DNA of 64,000 nt from Octopus vulgaris (GCA_951406725.2 OX597833.1:20460001-20524000); one strand, 5' to 3'; counted from the first letter of the stretch, positions 1 to 12,563 are shown. The notes: generated by a model not told the origin, from the letters alone. Numbers and translations: made by a program.

Positions 1-91
1 ACGATTACTCGGAGTTCTTTACTAATCTAACTAATAATGTTAGCTTGGTGCACCAACAGAGAGCTTATGAAGTATTTTGCATATATATATA

Positions 92-146
<55 letters not shown>

Positions 147-148
<2 letters not shown>

Positions 149-347
149 GGAGTAAACACATAAATGTGAAACAAGGTGGAAAAAGGAGTACTCAATACCA
201 GTGGTAGAGTAATATGCTTTATTTAAAGCAGCATAAAAATTCAACAAAACCTGTTACTCTGAGTTTCCCGTTGCCGTTGTCCGATGAACGGCAACGGGAA
301 ACTCAGAGTAACAGGTTTTGTTGAATTTTCTGCTGCTTTAAATAAAG
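147..347. mobile_element. (TA)n-flanked short element with a ~60 bp-arm fold-back inverted repeat
   Basis: Arm 217-278 is the near-perfect reverse complement of 287-347; (TA)n on both sides. Confidence 0.75.
278..313 (+). ncRNA. Minimal type-I hammerhead-like motif (variant core)
   Basis: UGU-CCGAUGA-ACG GCAA CGG-GAAA-CUC A GAG-UA-ACA: stem I UGU/ACA, GNRA-capped stem II, GUA triplet; U4 replaced by C. Confidence 0.55.
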
Positions 348-760
348 TATATATATATATATTCTAACATTTAAAAGAAAGATTACATAAGAAACACGAA
401 ATTTAAAACATAGAGCAAACGGCGAAAATAAATATATCGAGAATGTAAGTTACGAGAATAGACCTCACACGTGGTAAATAAAGGGAATAATAAAACACAC
501 ATTAAAAATCAAACGCCAGAAACATCGACAGTATACTGGTAAATAAAAACCGAAGCAAAAGAAAACATTGAGAAATATGTATAAAGAGGAACAAGTTTCA
601 AGAACAAAACATTTTAAAGATAGGAAGTCGAGCACAATAAATCTAAAGGTGAAAGAAGTTAATAAATAAAAAATTAACAAAAGATTCTATTGTAGCTCAA
701 TGAAAATACCTCGCAAGGATAGAGCTTAACGATAAAATAGCAACGATAGTAAAACGAGCT

Positions 761-830
761 AATCTGGACAAGGCAGATTTTTATCTGGACAAAGCAGATT
801 TAAATCTGGACAAGGCAGATTTAAATCTGG
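761..830. repeat. 21-bp minisatellite, about 3.3 units, each internally palindromic
   Basis: AATCTGGACAAGGCAGATTTA repeated; AATCTG...CAGATT within each unit. Confidence 0.9.
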
Positions 831-935
831 TTACAACAGATAGCAGCTGGTTCAATGAAATAATTCGTGCAGCGAATACTTTCGAAGGAAAGTCGATGAT
901 CACTCGGGTCAACACATACATGAATATTGGTTTCA

Positions 936-1340
936 AAGGCGGCGAGCTGGCAGAAACGTTAGCACGCCGGGCGAAATGCGTAGCCGTATTTCGTCTGCCG
1001 TTACGTTCTGAGTTCAAATTCCGCCGAGGTCGACTTTGCCTTTCATCCCTTTCGGGGTCGATAAATTAAGTACTAGTTACGCACTGGGGTCGATATAATC
1101 GACTTAATCCGTCTGTCTGTCCTTGTTTGTCCCCTCTGTGTTTAGCCTCTTGTGGGTAGTAAAGAAATAGGTATTCCGTCTGTCTTTACGTTCTGAGTTC
1201 AAATTCTGCCGAGGTCGATTTTGCGTTTCATCCCTTCTGGGTAGAAAAATTAAGTACCAGTTGCGTACTGGGGTCGATCTAATCGACTGGCCCTCTTCTC
1301 CAAATTTTCGGGCCTTCTGGCTGTAGTAGAAAAGAATATT
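936..1340 (+). mobile_element. SINE family B dimer (tRNA-derived head, MetaSINE-like central domain)
   Basis: AAGGCGGCGAGCTGGCAGAA head, B-box-like GAGTTCAAATTCC, central GTCGACTTTGCCTTTCATCCTTTCGGGGTCGATAAA; many other copies in the window. Confidence 0.85.
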
Positions 1341-1619
1341 GGGTTCAAATTTTAGTACAAGGACAGCAATGCTCAACTGGTACTTTATCGACTTCGAAAG
1401 GATGGAAGGCGAAGTTGAGCTCGATGGAATTTGAACATAGGTGGTAAAGACGGACGAAATGCGACTAAGCATTTTGTCCGGCGCGGTTTACGATTCTGCT
1501 AGCTTGCCGCCTTAAACACACAGGAATATTGAAAACCAAGCAAACAACGTGAAAACAGACACACAGACAAAAATATAAGAATTTCAGTAAACCTAACTGA
1601 ACTCAAAGACGTAAGTGCA

Positions 1620-2043
1620 CAGTTAGAGAGAGGAAGAAAGAGAGGGGGAGAGAGGAAGAGAGGAAGAAGGTGATAGAGGGAAAGAGCGGGAAAGAGGGAG
1701 AAAAGGAGCTATAGAAGAGGAGATAGGAAGAGAGGGAGAAGGCGGGATAGAGAGGGATAGAGAGGAGGAGGAGAGGAGGAGGGAGAAAGAGGGAGAGGGG
1801 ATAGAGAGAAGGGTAGAAAAAGGGAGAGAGAGAGGAATAGAGAGAATGAGAAAAAGAGGGAGAGAAAGAGAGAGAGAGAGGAAAAGACAGAAAGACAGGG
1901 AGAGAAGAAAGAAAGAGAGAGAGAGAGAAGGTGAGAAGGAAAGAAGAGAAAGGGTGAGAAGAAATAGAGAGGGATTGGTGGAGAGAGAGAGGGAGAGAGA
2001 TAAAGATAGAAAAAAAGAGACACAGAGAGAAATAAATAGATGT

Positions 2044-2090
<47 letters not shown>
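1620..2090. repeat. Purine-rich GA low-complexity tract and (GA)n
   Basis: Direct inspection. Confidence 0.95.
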
Positions 2091-2094
<4 letters not shown>

Positions 2095-2327
2095 CTTCAG
2101 AAATATAATAATATAAAAAAAGACGGAATACTCGAAATCAAAAGAACGTCTGATAATAGATCTTCACTAAAACACGGAGAACCCACCATTATGAAAAGGT
2201 GACAAACGTTCTTTGAACAAAAGGAAGAGTTTGTCTCCGATCGAAAACGAATTTATCACGAACCGAATAAGAAATAAAATAGAAATTAATGCAACACCAA
2301 CAGCAAGAGACAGAAAATTCTTCGCGC

Positions 2328-2384
<57 letters not shown>

Positions 2385-3267
2385 GAGTAATGAAGGATCA
2401 CCTTAGACGAGAATGTTCAAAACTAGAAGCGTAGCACTTGAGCAGTTGTGAGAGGCCGTAACATCTCACAACAAAGCCCAAACAGAAAATCAAAGCAAAT
2501 AACAAAAACAAAACAACACAAAAAGAATAACACTGTGTAACACAATTTTTGTCTTTGGGTAGCATCTGTTATTTCTAATTTGCTTCTTCCTGGAATAATA
2601 TTTCCTTCAGACTTTGCTTTTATTACATTAATTCAAACTCCCAAAGAATATCTCTCAACACATGGTTATAATGCTCCCCCTACTACTCCTGTTCATGATT
2701 AAAGATGCACATATCGCCAGCCACTAAGGGACATGCTCAAGGGGTTAAGGTCAAGCAACTGACAAAACAAATTTATGGTATTGAGCAGAATATTTGCTAT
2801 AATGATATTTCTACTTCAGCAACTCAGCGCTGAATCTGTCTGAAATGTAACGGTAAATAGGTCAGTTTCGAAACGTTGATACCCAGGTCACAAAAGCTAA
2901 GTTTGAAGGGAATAGAAGTCATTTCCTTTGATTTCCAGAAAAAAGCAAATAGGAAATACCACTTACTGATCAAAGACCAAAAAAAAAAAAAACAGTAAGA
3001 AAACAAAACAAATAACATTTTTTTACACAGTGTAATTGGAAGGTAGCGCGAAATAATAAAATCCCTCACTTCTGGTTGAACTATTTAATAAGGACACGAT
3101 GAAACACAACAGCAGGTCTGTAATTGGAAGAATCAGAAACTACACCGGAAAGGCACATTAGAGGAGGGGTAAGGACATCTAATCTTCAAGGCAAACAAAT
3201 CCAAGAAATCCCCACGTGACCTGCCTGCTCATAAATTTCTTACACACACTATCGCAGAAGATAAATG

Positions 3268-3584
3268 ATAATGTTTGCTTCTCAAACCCTCTTTCATGGG
3301 GCCGAAGAGATGATAGTCCAGTGACGATCGTAGTCCAGTGATGAGGAAGTGAAAACTGTAGTGAAGAAGTGGCTCAAAGAACAGTCAACAGAATTTTACG
3401 GGTTAGGGATACATGCTCTCATTCGAAGGCGGAACATTGCTATTGAGAGAAACGGTGACTATGTTGAGAAGTAGAGATGTGATCCACAGAGGACCAGTTT
3501 CATTTTGATGTATGATACATGTTCCTGTGTTGGTAATTATACCTGTCCTAAACAAAATAGCATTACGTTTTGACTCACCCACGT
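3268..3584 (+). mobile_element. Mariner transposase 3' remnant with right TIR
   Basis: 3334-3474 encodes SSDEEVKTVVKKWLKEQSTEFYGLGIHALIRRRNIAIERNGDYVEK*; 3268-3319 encodes DYHLFGPMKEGLRSKHY on the minus strand; TIR-like TTACGTTTTGACTCACCCACGT at 3563-3584. Confidence 0.85.
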
Positions 3585-4399
3585 GTTAGACGCATTCCTG
3601 GGGCTGGTATGTAAACATTAGAGATTTGTAGGAATGCATCTAATATGCAAATTGGTATATCCAATAATTTAATACCGTTGTATGCGGTGGCTGTATAAGC
3701 AATGTGTTCGGAGGCAATTGTGGGTTAGATGAGTGTTGATGAAGGGGGAACAACCCACGAAATATGGCATATACACTCATTACCCGCTTTTATCTTCGAT
3801 CACATTGTCTGTTTACATGCAACATCTCGATACGAAACGCTGTACCAAAAATCAGTGCTGGCTGTAAATTCTGTAGAATATCTGTAGAAATAATCTTAAC
3901 AAAATAAGGAAAATTATTAAACGGTATTAATATGATGACAAAAGAATAGAGATAAGAAAATTAGATTTAGACACAGATTTATAAATTCAGGGGAATTAAA
4001 TGAACTAGACAGAGTAAAACATACGTATATGGAAAAACGTAAGGATACTTGAAACAGATAAATGCAAAGAATATGGTAATAAGAGTCAATCTTAAAGATT
4101 TTCCAGTAATCTTTTATCGTTATTATATACGACATTAAGTGAATAAAATATAGAGTAGATAGGAAAACAAGTAACATTTTGACTGCATTTAGAATACACA
4201 TCCATTAAAACTGACACGAAGAGAATATATTTTACCAGGGAAAAAGACAGAGGCTCTTCTGCAATAGAAAATTATTGCAAAATAACTATTGTCGGATTAG
4301 AAAAATAGTTTGTTCAAATCATAGGAAACTAATATAAATAGCTACAAATTATTAAAGATGTATTTCGTTTTCAAAGAAGCCGACAAATATAAAATTGAG

Positions 4400-5190
4400 G
4401 CTGACTTATCAGATAATTGTGAAGAAAATGGTGAACAACGACAGAAGTTGTTAAAAAACTAAAACTAAAGTTGGAACTGGGACTGCAGAATGTTACTCTA
4501 AATCGGTGGTGCGAAAACCACCTATATGGTTAATACCCGACAAAATTGAACAAAAAAAGAAATGGATAAAGTATAAAAAAACAAAACAAAAATAAGACAA
4601 CATTAAGTGAGAAATGCTTGGCTTAAAACTGAGACGACATGATTTTTGAGTGCAGCATAAAAAGAAAGCTTTCCTCAGCAGAAACTGTCAAAAACATAAT
4701 GAAGTAGAATTACAAAATACATTTGCAGAATATGTAGAATACTTACTTTTCATATTCAGAACAGAATATGTATAAGTTATGAAAAAAAAACCCCAAAAAA
4801 AAAACAAAACATTGTTTCTAGATCTCTCATAAACTGGAATTACCTAGCATTGTGAAATACTGACAGAGAAAAAAGACGATTGTATTAGCATATGCATAAA
4901 TTTAAAATGTCGCAGTGAATGAAAAAGTGGCTATAAACTGGGATATAATTCACTCAGACACGGCAGTTTAGGAGAATAGTTTGGATATTGTCAATATCGA
5001 GGACCACCAGTAAAAGAAATATCTCCTAGTCACTTCCAACAGGCAATAATGTAATACTAAAAGAAATAGGGAGATTATCCAAATGTAAAGATATTGAAAT
5101 AGAGATAACCAGTGTATCGAGATTGAAAACAGAAACAACTCCCGTTGCAATAACTTCCTTTCGAATGATGAACCTCCCCCACCAAAAAAA
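4400..5190 (+). mobile_element. Heavily decayed R4/Dong-like non-LTR retrotransposon C-terminal region
   Basis: Near 4620 GLKTETT*FLSAA resembles GLKxETEGFIxAAQ, followed by a CRIC zinc-finger remnant; many stops. Confidence 0.5.
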
Positions 5191-5195
5191 ATCCA

Positions 5196-5800
5196 AAAGA
5201 CAATCATATACAGACAAATCACAAAAGAAAAAAAGAGGAAAAAGATACCTTGGACAAATGTCTTCTACTATAGCCTCGGGCCGACCAAAGCCTTATGAGT
5301 GAATTTGGTAGGCGGAAACTGAAAGAAGCCCGTCGTATATATATGTAAAGCCTTATGAGTGAATTTGGTAGGCGGAAACTGAAAGAAGCCCGTCGTATAT
5401 ATATGTATATACGACGGGCTTCTTTCAGTTTCCGCCTACCAAATTCACTCATAAGGCTTTGGTCGGCCCGAGGCTATAGTAGAAGACATTTGTCCAAGGT
5501 ATCTTTTTCCTCTTTTTTTCTTTTGTGATTTGTCTGTATATGATTGTCTTTGATTGTGATTTGTCTGTATATATATGTATTTATGCGTGTGTATATGTTT
5601 GTGTGTCTGTGTTTGTACCCCCAACATCGCTTGACAACCAATACTGGTGAGTTTACGTCCCCGTAACTTAGCAGTTCGGGAAAAGAGACCGATAGAATAA
5701 GTACTAGGCTTACAAAGAATAATTCCTGGGATAGATTTGCTCGACTAAAGGCGGTGCTCCAGCATGGTCACAGTCACATGACTGAAACAAGTAAAAGAGT
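5196..5800 (+). mobile_element. SINE family A copy with internal tandem and inverted duplication
   Basis: Family A motifs; 60-bp direct duplication 5287-5406; 5196-5340 inverted at 5407-5551. Confidence 0.85.
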
Positions 5801-6006
5801 ATACAACATATGACCAAAACTGCAGAACTTACAAATTTGTACTGCATATATATATGTTAACGTAGAGGACATTAAAAACAACAGAAAACACCAAACGGCA
5901 TTTCACGATTTATAAGGTTGGCAGGACAGAATGGAATTCGGTGACCGTTGTACTGCATACTATGAATGTGGAGTGGAGAAAGAAGGCTGTTGGAGAGACA
6001 GGTTGC

Positions 6007-6237
6007 AGGCGGCGAGCTGGCAGAAACGTTAGCACGCCGGGCGAAATGCGTTGCCGTATTTCGTCTGCCGTTACGTTCTGAGTTCAAATTCCGCCGAGGT
6101 TGACTTTACCTTTCATCCTTTCGGGGTCGATAAATTAAGTACTAGTTACGCACTGGGGTTGATATAAACGACTTAATCCGTTTGTCTGTCCTTGATTGTC
6201 CTCTCTGTGTTTAGCCCCTTGTGGGTAGTAAAGAAAT
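6007..6237 (+). mobile_element. SINE family B with 7-bp TSD AGGTTGC
   Basis: Full family-B unit; AGGTTGC immediately before and after. Confidence 0.85.
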
Positions 6238-7649
6238 AGGTTGCCGTCAGATAGAGGGAATACAGTAGGTAAAATTGAAGACGATGACTTCGAGGCCGAG
6301 TTCGATGGCGAAAGTTGGACAGTGGAATATTTTTGCAAAGAACAACCCCACCAACTGAAAAACGGTGTGTTGGTCATCTGAGAAATTTCGGGCTGACTGC
6401 AAAGTCATTGGAGGTTATAGAAGGAGGAATGGTGTTGGGACACAGGCTCGAAAAGATAAAGCAGATAGGCTCGTGTTTCGGAGAGGAAATCAAATCCCAG
6501 ACCTGTGTAAGGATATGAATAGACGAGAGTTGTTCTCGATGTGTGGGTCGCTGGTGGGACACTATCCTGTTGCAGGATGGCTCCGAACGGCATGTAGCTA
6601 CATCAAGAAGTGAGTTGAACGAATGAACTGGGGTGATAAAGTGAGAGAGAAGACTGTTACAATGATGCAAGATGCTTTGAAGAGAGCGAGAGCGAAGGAT
6701 CCGATGAAAGGCAGTTGGTATATGCCTGAAACAGAAAAAGGGATCGTGTGTTGTGACGCGAGTAGCATAGCAATAGGAGTCATTCTGGAAATGGGAGGTG
6801 TTGAGGTGGAAGACACAGCGTGGCTTAGGAGGAAAGATGACGACAACCACGTCAATGTAGCTGAACTGGACGCTGTGTTAAAGGGTTTGAACCCAGCGCT
6901 GAGATGAAGACTGCATGCTGTCGAGATTTGAAGTACGGGGATGGATGGCATCGGTGATTACCAACCAGAAGAGGATCTGCATGGAAGAGGCCACGGAAAT
7001 GATAAAGCGGTGCCTGGGAATCCCGAGAGAGCTAGCTGCTGAGTTTGATCTGAAGTTGCAAGTAGTTTTTGTGCCCTCAGAAAAAGATAAGGTAAAAATC
7101 ACTGGCTAGAAGTGACCAATGATCTATTGAGTGGTGTGGCTGCAGCGTGTCGGCTGGAGGACCCAAAACTGAGGAGGCTGTATAATATGCCTCCCATGGG
7201 AGTTGGTAGGACTCTATCTTGGGTCACGAAAGTTGCCTTGATGTGACCAGGGAGAGTGTTCGGAAGCTAGCTCTAAGTTGAAAAAGGTGCCAGTCATTCG
7301 ACCCCGCGTCGGGTGTGCACGAAACAGGAAAGATTCGCGTGGAGGAAGACTAGAAGAGGCTAGCGATGAACGTAACGCATATCGGGGAAGACTGTATCTT
7401 TCAATGGTTGACTGTAGGCCAAGGCGAATAGCGATATGGAGGGAAATCAGGACGGAGCCTGTGGCCGAAATTGCAGAGGCACTGAATACAGTATTCGCGG
7501 AAAGGGAGCCAGTGGATGAGCTGTTGATGAACCACAGCATGGTGTTTCGTTCGAAGTAGCTGAAGAAGCTGATCAAGAGGTGGAACATCAGATGACTCTT
7601 CAGAACCGCATACTGGACCAGTGGAAATAAAGGTAAACGTATCTTCTCG

Positions 7650-7885
7650 AGTCATGCCGACACATAATGGCCGGCTTTACGGTTTCCATGGCGTATAAAT
7701 TCTCCCCCTGGATGGTCCGCCGGTCCGCCGGTCCGCCGCAGGATTACCCATTTTTGCCAGTTGAGTGGACTGGAGCAACGTGAAATGAAGTGTTTTGCTC
7801 AAGAACATAACGCGTCGCCCGGTCCAGGAACAACAATCTTGCGATCATGAGTCCAACACCCTAATCACTAAGCCACGCGCCTCCA
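7650..7885 (-). mobile_element. SINE family D (tRNA head) inserted in the integrase region; other copies ~37500-37665(-) and 54422-54747(-)
   Basis: Minus-strand GGAGGCGCGTGGCTTAGTG head; the 54.4 kb copy has TSD CATGTTTGGATTAG. Confidence 0.75.
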
Positions 7886-9143
7886 TTATGGAAATGGGGA
7901 CATCACCATCGCACAGTCAAAGCCATGGCTGAGATGAGGCCAATCTCCCCCGTTGAGGTTTTTTTTATACAACATGTCCAGGGTCAGACAAGCTGAAAAG
8001 TCGATCCCGCCAAGAGCCATATTCCAGTACGAATGGAAACACCCAAGTGTGTCGATGTCAGAAGTGGAAGGGTTTGCAACTGTTCAGATCGGAGAAAAAG
8101 TGTGGGTGAAGCCGCCTAATGCACGGTGCACAACTCAGTGATAGAAAGGAAGGGTGACTGCAGCTAACGCTTGGAATAATATATCAGTGGACGGAATGCT
8201 GCGTCATATCTTGGATGTTCGTATGGTTGTTAGCTCCTCTGATGACGAAGGAGAGGGTGAGGCCAGCCCCGTGACCTTGCGAAGATCACAAAGGGTACGC
8301 CACCCTGCCAGGTAGATGGACAACTTTGAAATGGGATAGAAGCGCAGTGATCTTTATTTTGGTGGGTAGGTGGAGGAGATAAGGGAAACGTCGGGCCTGA
8401 AAGCGAGGAGCAGTGATATCATGTCAAGAAGCAGGGCGTTTGAACAGCGTCTTTCTTTGTTAGGATTTTGAGGGGAGCAGTCGAATGGAAGGAATCTCAG
8501 AGGAAGAGTAGTTTCTGGCCAGAGGTTGCGGTAGTGTACACGTGTAAGTACGACCAACGAGTTCTGCTGATCCTTGTGAACCGAAGCTGGATATTCGGTT
8601 CCGATTTCAACTAGAGGTAAGAGCGTCCTTATTTTTGCCTCTCCTTCTACATTAGTCTTTTCAACAGTAAGCACGAGGCCTGAAATTTTGGGGAAGGAAC
8701 TTGTGAATTTCCTCGACATACAGCATTCAACTGGCACTTATTTTATCGATCACGAAAATATGAAAGGTAAAGTCTACCTATGTGGAATTTGAACTCAATT
8801 CAGAATGTAAAGACAAACAAAATGGCGGTGTGCATTTTGTTCGGAGTGATAACGATTCTGCCAGCTCGCCATCTTCTCAATTATAACAATAATAATCCTT
8901 TCTACTGTAGACATAAATCCTGTTTTTTTTTCTGGCGGCCGAGGGTGGGGGGAGTCAATTTATCGACCACAAAAGAATGAAAGGCAAAGTCGACCTTAGC
9001 GGAATTTGAACTCAGAACGTAGCAACGGGCGAAATATCGCTAAGCATTTCACCCGGCTCGCTAACGATTCTGCTAGCTCGCCACCTCAGTAATAATAATA
9101 ATAATAATAATAGCAATAATAATAATAATAATAATGATAATAA

Positions 9144-9585
9144 TAAATGCCCTGATGCAGTACCAGGTAGTGACTCTCATGGTTTCTGATCTTAACAGAT
9201 TGGAAGTGTTATCACGTACATTGCTTTGTCTTGGTATCAAAGATGGGCTACAGTAAATATTCTGTTTGTCAGATTTGCTTGTCAATTGTTTGACCATAAC
9301 CAGTTGAGCATGTCCCTTAGTGGATGACGATATGTGCATCTCTGATCATGAGCGGAAGTAGTGGGTGAGCATCATAGCCATGTGTTGAGAGGAATTCTTT
9401 GGGGTTTAAATAAGTCGCCTTTAGAAACATGGGTGTTTCGTTCAACATCCTTAAACAACCCATATTCAGGGACCTTTTGAGCGGGATGGGCTACTCGACC
9501 TGAATAAAATTCTAACTGGGCGCCACCTGCAAGGTTATGCGCTGTTTCTCTTGATATGAGATCACCTTGTCTCGCACATATGGTT
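9144..9585 (+). mobile_element. (AAT)n-associated ~560 bp non-coding element, 3'-truncated copy
   Basis: Starts AAATGCCCTGATGCAGTACCAGG; homologous to 9922-10510, 11651-12190, 12925-13480, 55391-55913 and partially 2628-2800(-). Confidence 0.85.
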
Positions 9586-9858
9586 GAATGTGGGGCCTAA
9601 AAACAGAAACAATTCCTATCATAGTAGGCTCATTAGGTACGATAAAAAAAACATTCTGACAAATACATAACAAAAACACCAGGACTTACAAGTATATATA
9701 ACATACAGAAAATAACACTACTAGGCACCGCACACATCCTACGTAAAACACTTTCAATACTGTAAAAATAAGAGCAGCACTACAAACCAGAACACATACC
9801 CAAGGCACACAGAGCTGCGCCCGGTAGTGCAGTGAAAGCAAATGATAAAAACAATATA

Positions 9859-9862
<4 letters not shown>
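9586..9862 (+). mobile_element. R4/Dong-clade LINE 3' end followed by (AAT)n
   Basis: MWGLKTETIPIIVGSLG...IQKITLLGTAHILRKTLS with one frameshift, typical restriction-like-endonuclease C-terminus; shorter copy 12222-12350. Confidence 0.8.
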
Positions 9863-9921
<59 letters not shown>

Positions 9922-9925
<4 letters not shown>

Positions 9926-10508
9926 GCCCTGATGCAGTACCAGGCAGTGGCTAAATGCCCTGATGCAGTACCAGGCAGTGGCTCTCATGGCTTCTGATCT
10001 TAACTGATTGGAAGTGTTATCATGTACATTGTTTTATCTTGGTATAAAAGATGGGCTACAGCAAATATTCTGCTCAATACCACAGATTTGCTTGTCAGTT
10101 GTTTGACCTTAACCAGTTGAGCATGTCCCTTAGTGGCTGACGATATGTGCATCTCTGATCACGGGCAGAAGTAGTGGGGAAGCATCATAGCCATGTGTTG
10201 AGAAGGATTCTTTGGGGTTTGAATAATTCACCTCTGGAAACATGGGTGTTTCGTTCAACGTCCTTAAACAACCCTTATTCAGGGACCTTTTGAGTGGGAT
10301 GGGTTACTCGATCTGAAGAAAATTCTAATTGGGCTCCACCTGCAAGGTCATGTGCTGTTTATCTTGATATGAGATCACCATGTCGCGCACATATGGTTAT
10401 GATGCATGTGCCTGGTGTACCCTTATCAGACGGGTAGTCATGATGGGTATACTGGGCTTCGTATATTTTACCCCAGTGTCACTTTGATGGCATGCTCTGC
10501 TCGCTCAC

Positions 10509-10510
<2 letters not shown>
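9922..10510 (+). mobile_element. (AAT)n-flanked ~560 bp element, full copy
   Basis: (AAT)n on both sides; short tandem duplication of its 5' end. Confidence 0.85.
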
Positions 10511-10565
<55 letters not shown>

Positions 10566-10616
10566 GTTTCAAATTTTTCCGCAAGGGCAGGAGTATATTG
10601 GAGGAGGGGATGAGTC

Positions 10617-11033
10617 GGATCTTTTCGGTTTGAACGGCAGTTTTTTCTAGCGGTGTCATATGAAATTGTCACCCATAATTATGATCCTAGTATCGATCTA
10701 TTGCATTTCAATCTGAATAAGGGTTAGGGTTAGGGGTGGGGGGAAGGGTATCTTTTTTCCTTCAGAAATGTAAATAAACCCAATCTGTTTCTTAAACGAG
10801 GGACATATTCATACGGCACAGAATGTTTTTTTACCTCAATAGACATCAGTGATTGGTTGAAATTGCAGAAATTGAAGAAAAAAACAACAAATATCTTACA
10901 AACAATAGAATTTTCTCAATAAAGCCAAGAGAAAAAGATGTTTTATAAACACATTCTACCAGTATACGAAGTTTAAAATTTTTTAGTTACCTAGAAATTA
11001 TGTTAAAAACTACCGTTCAAACCGAAAAGATCC
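10617..11033. mobile_element. MITE with ~28-bp TIRs and 8-bp TSD, inserted in a family-B SINE
   Basis: GGATCTTTTCGGTTTGAACGGCAGTTTT ... AAAACTACCGTTCAAACCGAAAAGATCC; flanks GATGAGTC and GATGAGTA. Confidence 0.9.
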
Positions 11034-11196
11034 GATGAGTAGATTACATTGACCCAAGTGCGTAACTGGTACTTAATTCATCGACTCCGAAAGGATGAAA
11101 GGCAAAATCAACCTCGGTAGAATTTGAACCGCGAAGCATTTCGCCCGGCGTGCTAGCGATTCTGCCAGCTCGCTGCCCTAGTAATGATAATAATAA

Positions 11197-11325
11197 CTGC
11201 ACGCATATTGCGTAAAGTACTGTCTGTCTGAGGTCTTTGTTGTGACATGACAAACAGTACGAATCCCCGGTTGACACAATATCTTCAGTCAACAACCTCA
11301 CGATATTGTATACTGTGCGACGTCT
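11197..11325 (+). mobile_element. Second R4/Dong-like family 3' end in (AAT)n; second copy 12434-12565
   Basis: TARILRKVLSV* then 3' UTR then (AAT)n. Confidence 0.7.
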
Positions 11326-11327
11326 TA

Positions 11328-11425
<98 letters not shown>

Positions 11426-11650
11426 TAATAATCCTTTCTACTAAAGGCACAAGGCCTGAACTTTTTGCGAGGAAAAGGACTAGTCGATTACATCCACCCC
11501 AGTGTTTCACTGGTACCTAATTTATCGATCCCGAAACGGACGAAAGGCAAAGTGGATCTCGGTGGAATTTGAACTCAGAACGTAGCGGCAGATGAAATAT
11601 CGCTAAGCATTTCACCCGGTGTGCTAACGATTCTGCCAGCTCGCCGCCCT

Positions 11651-12189
11651 CAGGCAGTGGCTCTCATGGCTGCTGATCTTAACTGATTGGAAGTGTTATC
11701 ATGTACATTGTTTTGTCTTGGTATAAAAGATGGGCTATAGTAAATATTCTACTCAATACCACAGATTTGCTTGTCAGTTGTTTGACCTTAAGCAGTTGAG
11801 CATGTCCCTTAATGGCTGACGATGTGTGCATCTCTAATCACGAGCAGAAGTAGTGGGGGAGCATCATAGCCATGTGTTGAGAGGGATTCTTTGGGGTTTG
11901 AATAATTCACCTTTGGAAACATGGGTGTTTCGTTCAACATCCTTAAACAATCCTTATTCAGAGACCTTTTGAGCGGGATGGGTTACTCGATCAGAAAAAA
12001 ATTCTAACTGGGCCCCACCTGGAAGGTCATGTGCTGTTTATCTTGATATGAGAATACCATGTCGCGCACATATGGTTGTGATGCATGTGCCTGGTGTACC
12101 CTTATCAGACGGGTAGTCATGATGGGTATACTGGGCTTCGTATATTTTACCCCAGTGTCACTTTGATGGCATGCACTGCTCTCTCACTC

Positions 12190-12190
<1 letters not shown>
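11651..12190 (+). mobile_element. ~560 bp (AAT)n-associated element copy
   Basis: Homologous to 9922-10510; (AAT)n at the 3' end. Confidence 0.85.
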
Positions 12191-12223
<33 letters not shown>

Positions 12224-12563
12224 TCCTACGAAAAACACTCTCAATACAGTAACCATAAGAGCATCACAATAAACCACAGTACATAACCATGACACACAGA
12301 GCTGCGCTCGGTAGTGAAGTGAAAGCACAATATAAGAATAAAACTACTTAATTATAATAATAATAATGATAATGATATTGATGATGATGATGATGATGAT
12401 GATAATAATAATGATAATATTAATAATAATAATAACTGCACGCATATTGCGTAAAGTACTGTCTGTCTGAGGTCTTTGTTGTGACTTGACAAACAGAACG
12501 AATCCCCGGTAGACACAATATCTTCAATCAACAGCTTCACGATATTGTATACTGTGCGACCTC

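Larger units (their letters stand above)
5930..8651 (+). mobile_element. Degenerate Ty3/Gypsy-like LTR retrotransposon (RT end, RNase H, integrase), interrupted by SINEs
   Basis: RRELFSMCGSLVGHYPVAGWLR (6365-6613), CDASSIAIGV...HVNVAELDAVLKGL RNase H (6623-6907), YLSMVDC...AIWRE integrase (7278-7559); frameshifts and stops; LTR boundary uncertain. Confidence 0.85.

Noticed and set aside
1709-2202. RE-rich and LS-rich ORFs
   Set aside because: GA low-complexity tract
10718-10740. TTAGGG repeats as an interstitial telomere
   Set aside because: Only two to three units, internal to a MITE
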